From assembly GCA_951406725.2 (NCBI GenBank), contig OX597831.1:3968001-4032000 (forward strand): a stretch of 64,000 nt of DNA, in the 5' to 3' direction. Both the position numbers and the translations under genes were made by a program. Shown piece by piece: positions 1 to 13,650 of this stretch. Numbering within the stretch: position 1 is the first letter of the stretch; every line of letters begins with the position of its first letter. Under the pieces are notes generated by a model. It searched no databases. It saw only the letters and a program-made list of their open reading frames with translations, and was not told the origin of the DNA. The DNA is from Octopus vulgaris (lineage: Eukaryota).

Positions 1-300
1 GGAGAGAGAGAGGGTAGAAAGAGGGGTAGTGAGAGAGGGAAAGGAAAGAGAGCGACAGAGAAAGAGAGGGCGAGATGGGAAAGCGAGAAGGGGAGAGGAG
101 AGACCGGCGAGAGAGAGAGAGAGAAAGAGAGAGAGAGGGTAGAAAGAGGAGTAGTGAGAGGGGGAAAGGAAAGAGAGCGACAGAGAAAGAGAGGGAGAGA
201 TGGGAAAGAGAGAAAGAGAGAGAAGGAGAGACCGGCGAGAGAGAGCAGGAGAGAGAGAGAGAGAAAGGGAGAGAGAGAAAGCGTGGGGTGGGGAAAGCGA
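1..300 (+). repeat. Polypurine (GA-rich) tract with an internal ~122-bp duplication
   Basis: gagggtagaaagag...gagaccggcgagagag occurs twice. Confidence 0.85.
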
Positions 301-482
301 TATTTGGTAAATTTAAGAGCGACGAAGCGGGTGAGATGTGATCGAAGTATTAGGATGAAGCAATCTATTTTTAAGAGCGACTCTCTTAGTGTGTCGGTGC
401 AAGCAAACTCACACATATGCTCACATACCTATAAACTTGCACGCATATATATGTATGAAAGTATACTTAGGCATATATATGC

Positions 483-514
<32 letters not shown>

Positions 515-870
515 GTATATATATGTATTTATATGCACAGAGATATGATTACATGCAATCACAGTATATAATTTGTGCCCATGTGTGTTAAGCACCTGCA
601 TATTCCGATATTCTGAGAGTGCGTATATATATGTAAGCATTTTGCTACGCCCAAACCCATATAGATATACATAGCATATTACATACATACATACATACAT
701 GCATATATATAAATGTATATATATATGTTTTTCCCGTTTCTACGTCTTGTTGTGGCGTCCCTGTACTTACGTATATTTATTTATATATGCATGTATATAT
801 ACATGTAGATGTAGGTACGTACATATATGTTTGTATGTATGCATATATTTTTAATTATCACATTATATAA

Positions 871-905
<35 letters not shown>

Positions 906-1034
906 AATAAAATTTATATATAAGGAAACAAGAACGTGAAATACACAAAGGGACGAACACAGAAAACAGACGGGTCATTCGAAGCCTTTAATCTTCAGTC
1001 AGAAACCGGATCATATATATATATATATATCTAA

Positions 1035-1077
<43 letters not shown>

Positions 1078-1139
1078 CATACATACATACATACATACAC
1101 ACACAAACACATAATACATACATGCATATGCATATTATT

Positions 1140-1357
1140 CTTTTATTCTTTTATTTATTTCAGTCATTTGACTGCGGCCATGCTGGAGCACTGCCTTTAG
1201 TCGAACAATTCGACCAACAGGTCTTATTCTTTGTAAGCCTTAGTATTCTTTTATGCTATCGAAATTCTTGTGCCGTACTGCTAAGTTACAGGGACGTGAA
1301 CACACCAACATCGGTTGTACAAGTGACAAACACAGACACACGCGCACACACGCGTAC

Positions 1358-1418
<61 letters not shown>

Positions 1419-1558
1419 CAACGAGCTTCTTTCGGTTTCCAAGACTTTGGTCGGCCCGAGGGTATTGTAGGAGGACTTGCCCAAGGTGCCGCGCAGTGAG
1501 ATTGAACCAAGAATCATATGGTTGGGAAGCAAGCTTCTTACCACACAGCCACTCCTGC
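1140..1558 (-). mobile_element. SINE family A (tRNA-like head, internal TA/TG microsatellite, gtaaaaga-type tail)
   Basis: Homologous to 5434-5954, 13231-13650 and 15359-15793. Confidence 0.8.
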
Positions 1559-1594
1559 ACCATATATATATATATATATACATGTGTGTTTATA

Positions 1595-1673
<79 letters not shown>

Positions 1674-3039
1674 TTATATATATGTGTATATATATATATT
1701 TATGTGTGTGTGTGTGTGCGTGCGTATGTGTGTGTATATATATATATATTTTATATGTGTGTATATGTCTATGCTTTTGAATGCATATATAAATGCATGC
1801 ATGTGCACAAGTATGAGTGCAATCCGGTGCAAATATGTGCATGTTTGCGTGTATTTGCACAAATACATGTTTGTATACAAGCGTGTGTTTGTGTGTGTGT
1901 GCATTTCCATGCGAGTGTCCGTGTGTATGCACTTGTCTGTGTGTATGTACGTGTGTGCGTGTGTATGTGTATGCACGTGTGTGTGTATGTGTGTGTGCGT
2001 GTGTGCGCGTGTGTGTGTGTGTGTGTGATGTGTGTGTGATGTGTGTGATGTGTGTGTGATGTGTGTGTGTGTAGAGAGAAAGAATGTGGAGGATGAATCA
2101 AAAGCAGATATTGCTACCGCCGGAGGCAGGAAGCAATTTGAAATAGATTGACAGTTCACGGAGGAATAGAGCCTTAGTAAATTTTTATACATGCCTACCC
2201 ACCTTCGCACACGTGCTTACGCACACACACATACAAACACACACTCACACGTACACATACACACACATACGCGTTCGTACACACACATACGCGTGCATAC
2301 ACACACATACACATACACATACACACGCACATTCTCATACACAAGCACATTCATGCACTTATAAAAATACACCTACACACACACAGGCATTCACTCTGTT
2401 ACACGTTCTCACTTGTATGTGTATATACACGTACATATTTTTATGCACACACACGTGTGTGTGTGTATGTGAATGTGTGCGTATGTGTGAGTGTGTGTGT
2501 GTGTGTATTATCAGAATAACACCCCCATACACACAAAAGGCACTAGAACCTACACGCGTATTCATGTATACACTGTTACACACACAACCAGACGCACACA
2601 TACATAAATACATACATAAATACATACACACGCACATACATATATGAACAGTATACAACTACACACACTTATACATACTTACCGAGTAGTCACATACTAA
2701 CATGGGCTAACGAGGAGTACCTACGTGGTCTGTAGACCTACATAAATAGTAGCTAAATGTTCCTCAAATAATCATGCCTCCCTCCAACAGTTTTATGAAA
2801 CTGCGCCTTTGTCAGATTTCCAAGGGTTTCAGGTGGTTGTTGGAACTCGCCCCTCTTTCATGGTCTCAGACTCAGTTTTACCATACAACAACTTGGCCAA
2901 ATATCTTTTACTATAGCACCGAGTTAACCAATGCTACGTGAGTGGATTTGGTAGACAGAAAATGCGTGAGAGTATGTCATAAATATATACATATACATAG
3001 ATACACACACACACACCACATATATATGCACATACACAC

Positions 3040-3090
<51 letters not shown>

Positions 3091-3093
<3 letters not shown>

Positions 3094-3300
3094 CCATGTT
3101 GATTCGCCATGTTGATTCGCTAGCCTCTGCACGCATTTTTTTCTCTCCTTCTTTCTGTGTTTTTTCTCTGTGTATCTTTCTGTTGAAGAGCGTAGGCTCG
3201 AAACGTTAAAGACTTGTTTTATTTATATTTCCTGAGCGCCATACTAATACAATTGTTTGTTTGTATTCCACCTGCCTTCGTCTTTTGTCTATTTTCCCGT
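3091..3300 (+). mobile_element. Solo 3' end (pLTR fragment) of the PLE family at 44886-47154, with HHR variant at 3175-3212
   Basis: Near-identical to the reverse complement of 44886-45096. Flanked by (TA)n. Has a 13-bp duplication (tcgccatgttgat) at its 5' junction. Confidence 0.88.
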
Positions 3301-3316
3301 TATATATATATATATA

Positions 3317-3499
3317 GTTAATCCAAACAAGAAAGCACAAAAGAACAGAACAACGCGAGGACGTGGAACAAATATAGTATTATTGGACGCTCAGGAAAGA
3401 AGGAAAGAAGGAGGATTTAACGTTTCGAGCGGAGCTCTTCGTCGGAAGCATAGGAGAAGGAAAGATCCAGAGAAGGGAAGACAGAGGAAAAAAATCGCG

Positions 3500-3500
<1 letters not shown>
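3317..3500 (-). mobile_element. PLE 3' fragment, second family, with HHR-like motif at 3415-3450
   Basis: CCGACGA-A-GAGC-UCC-GCUC-GAAACGUU. Homologous to 17340-17522. Confidence 0.7.
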
Positions 3501-3544
<44 letters not shown>

Positions 3545-4271
3545 CATATATATCTATATCACTTGTAGGGATACATAAATCCCGAGGAGAAGCCCACTCT
3601 AAAAAGGGGGACAATCGTTTACCGTCGTGGTGCTTTGGTGACTGCAAGATGACAACGCGGCCGATGATCGATGGACAATGGCAAAGGGAGATAATCACCT
3701 TGGGTTTTACCCTTGGGAACGTGGCTTTTCCTACCACCACCACCACCATAACCACCACTACCACCACAACCACCATCACCACCACCGCCGCCGCCACCAC
3801 TACTACTACCACCACCACCACCATCACCACTATCTTCACTGCCGCCGCCACCATCACCATCACCACCACCACCACCCGCCCGTCACCCACTAACAACAAC
3901 AACAACAACAGCAAATACAGACAGGAAGTACTGCTATTATCTTTCTTCTCAACGTCAGCGATTCGTACAGTATATATTTTTAAATAAACACTTCATGTAT
4001 AAAAATAAACTCGGCAAACATGACAAAATCTAAAAATTGTGCATGAAAAATATTTTTCTGTGTAAGTAATAGATGTTATAATCACACACGACGTTCACGT
4101 ATCTATAATAAAGGAAATAATCTTACTACACGACCAAGGAACTCCTTACGTTCGAAATTATACACCAACAAGACTACTGAGACTTTCAAAACGTCGATGT
4201 TTGTGATTGTGGATGGGTGGTTGGAATATATGCATGCATACATACGTACGTACATACCTGCATAGTGTATG

Positions 4272-4320
<49 letters not shown>

Positions 4321-4532
4321 GAAAGAATGGAGTCGAACGACGATTTTAACAAAATTCCTTTACTCTCGACATATGTTTCGAAGACTGCATATTCTTAATT
4401 CCGAAGGAATAAAGGGTGCATTATGCCGCCTTCTCTTTCAGTTCTGTAGCAAGCGGATAGAAACCGAGAAACGGGGTATTGGCTTTTGAATAACCCTTTA
4501 AAGGGCGCAATTATATTTATATATATATATAG

Positions 4533-4583
<51 letters not shown>

Positions 4584-4899
4584 GTGTGTGTGTGTATGTG
4601 TGTGTGTGTGTGTGTGTAAACGTGATTTCAATATGTAGATATTGCAAATGATATTCCTAATGGTAAAGAACAATTCATTAGAAATGCAGGCTTTGAAAAT
4701 GAAAAAAAATAAAATCAAGGAGGCACATCACTATACAAAATATATACACAGAGTAAAATACATATTTATGTATAGTGTGCGAGAGATACTTGAGGACATA
4801 TTTGGTCATTTAATAAACCAGCTGTAATATAGCGAAAGCCAAATATATTTCAACATAGCACTGGTCACATAACATATTCTTGATAAGCTTTCATATAAT

Positions 4900-6330
4900 A
4901 TTTTTCTACGAATCCACCTTAAGGTTCGATGCAAATTCCGGTACGGCAGCAGAATCGTTGACATGTCGGCACTAAATAGTCTTTATTCATTACGGATATC
5001 GCCTCGATAACTGGCGGCCTTCGATGAAGGTTTTATAAGGATGTCAATGATTCTCCTTTTCAACAACAAATCAAACGTAGTAATCCATGGGATTGAAATC
5101 TGCCAAGTTTAACAGATCAAGCTTGGTTTTACATAATCATAATGTTTGTCTGGCAATCATTCTTGGGTTACGTTGACTTTGTGAGAATGTGCTGAGTTTT
5201 GTTGCAACACGTATGCCCTTCCACTGCGTACGTCATCTGTCCAGGGCTTAGCAAATGTCTCCAGTAACTCAACGTAAATAGGAACTTTAATTTGAAAGTG
5301 CCTGTGGAATGAAGTGAGGTGGTATAACATGATGTTCGTTACTAACCAGTCCTAAAACAATCACAGTTGCCGTAAACTTAGTGAGAGGTACATCGGAAGG
5401 ATTTCGGTTTTGATTGAAAATTTTCTCATTAGTTGCAGGAGTGGTTCTGTGGTAAGTAACTTGCTTACCAACCACATGGTTCCGGGTTCAGTCCCACTGC
5501 GTGGCACCTTGGGCAAGTGTCTTCTACTATAGCCTCGGGCCGACCAAAGCGCGGGGGAGTGGATTTGGTAGACGGAAACTGAAAGAAACCCGTCGTATGT
5601 TCATATATATATATGTGTGTGTGTGTATGTATGTGTGTGTGTGCGCGCGTGTGTGTGTGTATGTATGTGTGTGTGTGCGCGCGCGCGTGTGTGTATGTAT
5701 GTATGTGTGTGTGTGTGCGTGTGTGTGTGTATGTCTGTGTATCTGTGTTTGTCACCCCAACATCGCTTGACAATCGAAACTGGTGTGTTTACGTCCCCGC
5801 AACTTAGCAGTTCGGCAAAAGAGACCGATAAAATAAGTACTGGGCTTACAAAGAATAAGTCCTGGGGTTGATTTGCTCGACTAAAAGCTGTGCTCCAGCA
5901 TGGCTGCAGTCAAATGACTGAAACAAGTAAAAGAGTAAAAAAAGAATAAAAGAATTAGAAGCGAACCAATGCGTGCCTTATTCGCGAGGGTATTTAGCCT
6001 CGTTAACTAACTGTTTGGCACAGACCAAATGGTTTTCCTGTGTCCTTGCAAATAAGGGTTGGTTTCTACTCAGTCCATGAGACTAGTATCGCATAATAGT
6101 CAACTATGTTACCCGGAATTCTTTGGCAATTGTCTTCACTGAGCTTCCAGGATCACCATCGATAATGTTTAGACTTTGGATGAATTTTGGTGAAACATTC
6201 CCGCCAAAGGCTTGAAATTCCATCCGAAGTTTATGCAAAAAAAAATATCTTGCAACATTTAAAAAGTTTGCAATTTCTAAATCGCTGCATTCCACGTGAG
6301 CAACAATAACTGCATCAATAAACACATGCT
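4900..6330 (-). pseudogene. Decayed Tc1/mariner transposase (DD37D/maT-like), interrupted by a SINE at 5434-5954
   Basis: Manual translation gives SDLEIANFLNVAR, WFAS|NEKIFNQ (split by the SINE), TKFTATVIVLGLVSNEHHVIPPHF, ELLETFAKPW...YVLQQNSAHSHK and DFNPMDYYV. Confidence 0.75.
5434..5954 (+). mobile_element. SINE family A
   Basis: gcaggagtgg...ggttcagtcc...ccttgggcaagtgtctt...gcatggctgcagtcaaatgactgaaacaagtaaaaga. Inserted into a transposase remnant, with attag on both sides. Confidence 0.85.
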
Positions 6331-6457
6331 CTCTCACCAACCCAACAACAATTCCCCACGCCACCCCACCCAAACATCACATTGTACCCCGGATATCTTT
6401 CTACTACAACCATCTAGCAAGCTATTTCTTATCTTTCCTCAAACCAATTATCCTCAT

Positions 6458-6546
6458 AGAAAGTACAAATAGTAATTAAGAAAGTACAAATAATAATTAA
6501 GAAAGTATAAATAGTAATTAAGAAGGTACAAATAGCAATTAAGAAA
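6458..6546 (+). repeat. 21-bp minisatellite, 4 copies
   Basis: agaaagtacaaatagtaatta units. Confidence 0.85.
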
Positions 6547-6642
6547 TTTGTCTCTAAGGAAAAAGAGTCCTAGAATTTTATAATTCAACAGCAGTAAAAT
6601 CTCTATAAAAAAAAACGAAAAAACGAAATCTCAAAAACTGGA

Positions 6643-6958
6643 ACTCCGTCAGTTACGACGACGAGGGTTCCAGTTGATACGATCAACAGGACAGCCTGCT
6701 CGTGGAAGTAATGTGCAAATGGCTGAGTACTTCACAGGCACGCGTACCCATAACGTAGTTCTCAGGGAGATCCAGCGTAACACAGAAGGCAACAAGGCTG
6801 GCTCTTTGAATTACAGGCACAACTCATTTTTGCCAGCTGAGTGGACTGGAATATCGTGGAATAAAGCGTTTTGCTCAAGGACTCAACAGCCGGCCGGCCG
6901 GGTTTCGAAATCACAACCGTGAACCGAATGCTCTAACCACTATGCCACGCGCCTTCAC
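6643..6958 (-). mobile_element. SINE family D (tRNA head, CORE-like segment, C-type tail)
   Basis: gtgaaggcgcgtggc head, ccttgagcaaaac core. Homologous to 19042-19365 and 31887-32205. Confidence 0.75.
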
Positions 6959-7406
6959 TGAGATATAAATCTCCGTCATAAACACTGTAGTACATACATT
7001 TAACAGATAACTATAGCTGCACGTGACATATACCGGATGGTAATATAAAAAATTCGGTCCGGTTGGGGAACCCCGATGCTGTCAGCGTTTCACATCTAAG
7101 GTGGGGAGCTGGAATTTCGTCTGTCTTTACTTTTTGAGTTCAAATTCTGCCGAGATCGACTTTGCCTTTCACCCTTTCAGTGTCGATAAAATAATTACCA
7201 GTTGAGCTCTGGGATTGGTGTCATCGACTTACGCCTTTCCCGAAATTGCTGGCCTTGTGTCAATATTTGAAACCAATATAAAGAATTCAGTCTCGAAGTA
7301 CGCCGGAAACGAGGAACATCATAAAGCCAGAATTAACCTGTAACACAATATATCAAAACCCTACGCAACCGAAATATACGAAATATTTTTTTTTCTTCTT
7401 CCTTTT

Positions 7407-7786
7407 CACTCCGTCGGTTACGACGACGAGTGTTCCGGTTGATCCGAATCAACGGAACAGCTTGCTCGTGAAATTAACGTGTAAGTGGCTGAGCACTCCA
7501 CAGACACGTGTACCCTTAACGTAGTTCTCGGGGATATTCAGCGTGACACAGAGCGTGACAAGGCCGGCCCTTTGAAATACAGGTACAACAGAAACAGGAA
7601 GTAAGAGTGAGAGAAAGTTGTGGTGAAAGAGTACAGCAGGGATCACCACCATCCCCTGCCGGAGCCGCGTGGAGCTTTTAGGTGTTTTTGATCAATAAAC
7701 ACTCACAACGCCCGGTCTGGGAATCGAAACCGCGATCCTATGACCGCGAGTCCGCTGCCCTAACCACTGGGCCATTGCGCCTCCAC
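7407..7786 (-). mobile_element. SINE family C (tRNA head, tail ...cgtaaccgacggagtg)
   Basis: A box tggcccagtgg and B box gtttcgattcc. Probable TSD atacgaaatat. Confidence 0.85.
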
Positions 7787-8083
7787 GATACGAAATATAA
7801 ACTCAGCATCGAACAACTAAATGAAGACATGATGAAAAAAATAAAGAAAAAGGATGAAAACAGGAGTAAACGGAAACAATGTTTCAGAAAAGTCACCCGA
7901 CCGGGTAATGATGTTCTATTACTGCTCCTTAGGCAGAAGCAGCGAAATATAGCATTATAAAACTAGCCCTGTTGAAATTACTGGTACAATCCATCAGGCA
8001 GGCTTCTACATAGTTTCTGTCGGCTCAGTTTCACTCACAAGACTTGGATCGACTGGAAACTTTCGTTCAAGATATTCGCATAA

Positions 8084-8316
8084 GGCAGCGAGCTGGCAGA
8101 ATCGTTAGCACGCCGAGCGAAATGCGTAGCCGTATTTCGTCTGCCGTTACGTTCTGAGTTCAAATTCCACCGAGGTCAACTTTGCCTTTCATCCTTTCAG
8201 GGTTGATAAATTAAGTACCAGTTACGCACTGGGGTCGATGTACTCGACTTAATCCGTTTGTCTGTCCTTGTTTGTCCCCTCTATGTTTAGCCCCTTGTGG
8301 GTAATAAAGAAACAGA
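8084..8316 (+). mobile_element. SINE family B monomer
   Basis: ggcagcgagctggcagaatcgttagc...gagttcaaattcc...gcctttcatcctttc...aagtaccag. Confidence 0.8.
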
Positions 8317-8957
8317 TACTCGCATAAGATGCAACGCCCTGGTATTGAACATGGGACTTTAGGATTGTGGTGCGAATCCGTTAGCCATTCGTCCATTCCA
8401 GTTTAGTACACACACGCACACTCTCAAATTGATAGACATACACTCACATAGACACATTTACATACAGACACACGCACACAGCATTCGTCACTTATGCCAC
8501 GAATACGACAAACATTCATCGTATAACGAGTCAATGAGGAGGCTTCTACGCGATAGCTCGAATCCGTGAAATAGCAGTCAAATCTCTGTACGCAATGCCA
8601 ATAAAGACGGGTGTTGTTATATTTCGATGGCCATTCGTTTTCATGAGGTAACTAACTACAAATGTTATTACAGATAACATTATGGAATGCATAATGTTAA
8701 AAATACATTTGTTAATAAAATATTTCGTCTAGATTTTCTAATAATAATCCAAGTACATAACTGCAGACAGAACACGAAGCTATCTTTCTGTTTTGCCATA
8801 AATATATGTATATATCATAAATATACGTCTTATATCGTTTCTACATGTACAACTGCAATAAGACATTATGTCTTTTTGGCACAATAATTGCAATTTCAAA
8901 GGGTGGGGAACTCGATCATATCGACTTCATTGCTTCACTGGTAATTTTTTAACGCAA

Positions 8958-9383
8958 GGCGGTGAGCTGGCAGTAAACGTTAGCACGACGGGCGAAATGC
9001 CTAGCAGTATTTCGTCTGTCGCTACGTTCTAAGTTCAAATTCCGCCGAGGTCGACTTTGCCTTTCATCCTTTCAGGGTCGATTAAATAAGTACCAGTTAC
9101 GCACTGGGGTCGATATAATCGACTTAATCTGTTTGTATGTCCTTGTTTGTTCCCCTTGTGTTTAGCCCCTTGTGGGTAGTAAAGAAATAGGAAATAAGTA
9201 TTTCGTCTGCCGCTACGTTCTGAGTTCAAATTCTGCTGAGGTCGACTTTGCCTTTCAGCCTTTCGGGGTCGATTAAATAAGTACCAGTTACGCACTGGGG
9301 TCGATATAATCGACTTAATCTGTTTGTATGTCCTTGTTTGTCCTCTCTGTGTTTAGCCCCTTGTGGGTAGTAAAGAAAGAGGT
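8958..9383 (+). mobile_element. SINE family B, internal tandem dimer
   Basis: One head followed by two ~190-bp units starting gtatttcgtctg. Confidence 0.82.
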
Positions 9384-10134
9384 GTTTTTTTTTAACGCGT
9401 CCCCAAAAGAAAAAATTAAGTAAGTCTTCCTTGGCAGCATTTGAACTCAGGACGTAAAGAACCGGAAGAAATGTCTCAAGACATTTTGTCTAGCGGACTA
9501 ACAAGTTTGTCTGCTCGCTGGCCTTTCAATGACATGTTACTGAAAGCTATCATACCATCTCTTACACGCCATTTTCGACAAAATCGAAGGAAACTCGTAT
9601 CATTCTATGGCCTACAAGAAAGGAAAAAAAAAGAAAGGTTGGATTATGCATTTACACATCAATGCCGAAAACAGCGTGACTGAAGTTAAGATATTCGGAT
9701 TAGAGTGAATCAGATCTGATCATTGCAATAGTCTGTAGCATCTTTTCTTTAAAGTTATGGCAACCAAACCGAAGTGCTACAGCAGAAGATAAATCTTGTT
9801 GGTTTGCACTACGCAACAATGTACTGAGATATCGCTTTGTTGGTGAACTCTTTTAAATACGCTTTTCAACCTAGATTGGAAGCTTTCACAGAATCGATAT
9901 AACACCCTGCAGATAAAGTGCTTCCAAATGAACCCCCCTCCCTCCCCCTTCCCCCAAAAAACAACAACAAAATCAGTGTTTATGGAATAACTAGCCTCAA
10001 GTAATTCAAACAAAAATACGTTTAATACAAATCAAAAGGTTTGGATTACTTCAGGATAACTATCGATTTCACGAAAGCTTTAAATCGATTTCAATTGATC
10101 AATTTAAATTGATCAAGTAGCTTAACTAAATGTA

Positions 10135-10265
10135 ATCTTCTAGTAACTTTGGTGGACTTTTGTAAAACATTTAATTGTGTAAACATGGCAGCAGTTCAAG
10201 ATATCCTGAGTGTCTATAAATTGCCAAATTCGTTCATTAAGGTCATTATGTCCTTCCATAGCAAT
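10135..10265 (+). pseudogene. Highly decayed LINE RT fragment
   Basis: LVTLVDFCKTFNCVNMAAVQDILSVYKLPNSFIKVIMSFH resembles the FVDFxKAFDSV...IL..YG.P motif. Confidence 0.4.
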
Positions 10266-10438
10266 ATATACGTCTTAATTCTCTTAATTTGAATTTGAGA
10301 TGTCTTCAAGCGTACTTCGCGGAAAAATTCGCAGATTAATTTTCGTTAATTTTTGTTGGTTTTGCAACGCGTACACCTTCTGCATAAGATGACCGAAACA
10401 CTGTCATGAAGCTATTCCGTATATTTCCTGCTGTAAAA

Positions 10439-10807
10439 TCTTTATATATAAAAGAGAGGTTGTGTGAGTGTCTGTCTCCTACGATTTAGATTCCTAACTA
10501 CTCCCACATTTTGCGGTGCAGTTTAACCAAAACCGGGTATCTTGTAGTCGTGATTCATATCGAGCCCTTCTGGGTATTAGCGTGCGTCAATGATGAGTCT
10601 ACGATTTAAAAAAAAATTTACCATCATTTTTTTCCATTTTAATGCATTTTTTCGCTATTATATAAGGGAAGTAACTCTCTAAAAATGTCTATGTTGAGTC
10701 AACCATTTTTAATGCATTTTTTTGCTATTTTTTGGCTATAACTCTCTAATAATGCTTATATAGTTATTTCCCTTACAAACCCGAGCAACGCTGGGCGATA
10801 CTGCTAG
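10439..10807 (+). mobile_element. Non-autonomous Helitron (~370 bp)
   Basis: 5' TC (a|tctttatatataaaag), subterminal GC-rich hairpin cccgagcaacgctggg (10780-10795), 3' CTAG. Inserted between A and T with no TSD. Confidence 0.8.
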
Positions 10808-11668
10808 TTTCCTATACTAGTCTTTAGTGGTCGAGGTACTGAAATGTTAATCATAACCTCTTACCAGCTCAAAGACAAATGAAACGTTTTAGGGTTAGGG
10901 TTAGTAACCCTTTTGATATCATATCTTTGCTGACATACATTGCTTTTGTTTCAATTAACTTTAAAACTAATGAAGAAATTATTTATTAATATACTGACAC
11001 AAGGCCCAGCTATTTCGGGGGAGGGGGTAAGTCGATTACATCAACCCCAGAGTTCAACTGGTATTTATTTTATCAACTCCGAAAGGTTGAAAGGTAAGGT
11101 CGCCCTGAGTGGAATTTAAACTTGGAACATGAAGACGGACGAAACGCCGCTAGGCATTCTGTCCGGTATGCTAATGATTCTGCCAGCTCTCCGCCTTGGA
11201 TGAAGAAACTATTAAAATAACTGTTATTATTTAGTTGGTGTTTGTGACATAAATTAACATGAAATTTAGATGAAAAATTTTAATTTAAATCAATTTTTAA
11301 AAAATGCAGTTTATTTCATGGAACCAGGAGCGGGTTAGTATCAAAGAAGCTAAAACCCAAACCAAAGGAATTTTTCTTGTCGGGACCTCCATTTCCTATT
11401 CTCACGTATTTCTATGTTCTTCGATATGACAAGGAAGATCACAAACAGTAGAAATGCTTTTAGACAAAGTTGCCAATTAACACTGATTTCAAATTTTGGC
11501 ACAAGGCCAGCAATTTAGGGGGAAGGGATAAGTCTATTACATCAACCCTAGTGCTCAACTGATTGGTCTGGGACTATTGTTGAGGACACTTCCCAAAGAT
11601 ATTGCGCAGTGGGACTGAATCCGAAGTCGTATGGTTGCAAAACAAGACTCTTAATGGCACAGCAATTA

Positions 11669-11731
<63 letters not shown>

Positions 11732-12004
11732 CATAATTAAGATAAATAACCTCTATTAAGTAACTCAAAAGTGAAAGACATTATCTATACCATATAGAAA
11801 AAAATTAAATATACTATAATAAATATTTTTCAAAAAATCACTAAATTAAATAAACCATAAATTGATTACGTGCGTTATAGAGGTCATTTCTCTTAATTAT
11901 ATACATATATTATATATTGTGAAATTTGACTTACAATTGCTAAATTGAATTTTTCCCTGTAAGTTTGGAATTATATTTCCTACTATTATATATATATATA
12001 TATA

Positions 12005-12221
12005 TAGGTTAAAGTAGTGAGGAAAGGCAAGCAATTAGGCAAGGCGTGACAAGGACATTTAATTTTATTCTATTCAGTTTGATTTAGCTACATAACAAAT
12101 GGCAAAAAATAGTAAAAGATGGTAAAATTATTATGTAGCAAAATCAGATTGAATTAAATAAAATTAAATGTTCTTATCACTCCTTGCCGAATTGTTTGCC
12201 TTACCTCCCTACTTTAACCTA
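12005..12221. repeat. Long inverted repeat (two ~91-bp arms)
   Basis: 12005-12095 matches the reverse complement of 12131-12221 colinearly, with about 12 substitutions. Confidence 0.9.
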
Positions 12222-12389
12222 CACCTACTGGCTCAAAGGGAAACCACCTTCAGTCGTTTTAAATGAGATAATCACATAATTACAACTTCAATTGCGGTTC
12301 AAACTGGAATTTTAGTGGCACACCTATTTGAGCATTCAAAACGCATAGCTATTAGTTTGAATGATTATGATGAAAACCCTCATATCCTG

Positions 12390-12433
<44 letters not shown>

Positions 12434-12452
12434 TACATACATACATACATAC

Positions 12453-12507
<55 letters not shown>

Positions 12508-12689
12508 TTTATAATTAGGGTTCAGCAAAGATTTGCTTTACCACATACCGAAGTTTAGAAATAGCAGCCCAAAAACCTTAGCTATTTCTTCTACTTTAAA
12601 AAGGGACTCCCAGAAAAATCAAAGTACTTGAAAACAATCCACACAGGCAGAGAGGAAAGATAACGAAAATCAATATATATATATATGCT

Positions 12690-12972
12690 GAGATCCCCTT
12701 CGGTCATGATTGACCATGGGATTGCACCTAGAAAGTTACCCTCTCAGGTACAAGTCCGAGCAAGGTTGTTTATGGAAGAACAGCGGTCGCCCATGCATAT
12801 CCAAGGGAAAGGCAAAGGGGCCGAAACAGCTTGGCACCTGTGACGTTGCAACTCACTTCTACAGCTGAGTGAACTGGGGCAACGTGAAATAAAGTGTCTT
12901 GCTCAAGAAGACAACACGCAGCCAGCTCCGGGATTCGAACTCGCAACCTCACGATCGTAAGCTCGACGCTCT
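12690..12972 (-). mobile_element. SINE family E (core plus tail ...catgaccgaagggg)
   Basis: Homologous to 24080-24360 and 44433-44703. Confidence 0.75.
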
Positions 12973-12974
12973 AA

Positions 12975-13005
<31 letters not shown>

Positions 13006-13230
13006 ACAATTATATGTAAGTCTGTATTTCTATCTTTGTTCTAGAATGAAATTGAAATTACGATTCGAGAGGGAACGTACAAATTTAACAACTCAAAGAC
13101 CGCAGTTTCAGCTTAATTGGTTTGCCTTCATATTTTTAAAAAATAATTCTCAGCTATGAGTTTGTGGTCAGGATTGTGATTTCAATTCTTGCAAAAGTTA
13201 ATTTCGTATTTCAGTTTCCGTATTTCACTC

Positions 13231-13393
13231 CGCAGGAGAGGCTGTGTGGTAAGTAGCCTGCTAATCAACCACATGGTTCCGGGTTCAGTCCCACTGCGTG
13301 GCATCTTGGGCGAGTGTCTTCAGCTATAGCCTCGGGCCGACCAATGCCTTGTGAGTGGATTTGGTAGACGGAAACTGAAAGAAGCCTGTCGTA

Positions 13394-13442
<49 letters not shown>

Positions 13443-13650
13443 ATGTGTCTGTGTTTGTCCCCCTAGCATTGCTTGACAACTGATGCTGGTGTGTTTACGT
13501 CCCCGTTACTTAGCGGTTCGGCAAAAGAGACCGATAGAATAAGTACTGGGCTTACAAAGAATAAGTCCCGGGGTCGATTTGCTCGACTAGAGGCGGTGCT
13601 CCAGCATGGCCGCAGTCAAATGACTGAAACAAGTAAAAGAGTAAAAGAGA
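13231..13650 (+). mobile_element. SINE family A
   Basis: Full-length match to the other family A copies. Confidence 0.85.

Noticed and set aside
960-1010. CUGAAGA...GAAU HHR-like motif on the minus strand (also GAAAC-GUAU-GUA near 19510)
   Set aside because: No convincing helix II or helix I, and the core is incomplete.
7449-7652. Recurrent peptide [30 protein letters not shown]... (also at 20643, 29827, 43657)
   Set aside because: Open frame inside SINE family C. The recurrence reflects DNA repeat identity, not a protein family.
10889-10904. ttagggttagggttag telomere-like repeat
   Set aside because: Under three units, too short to call an interstitial telomere.
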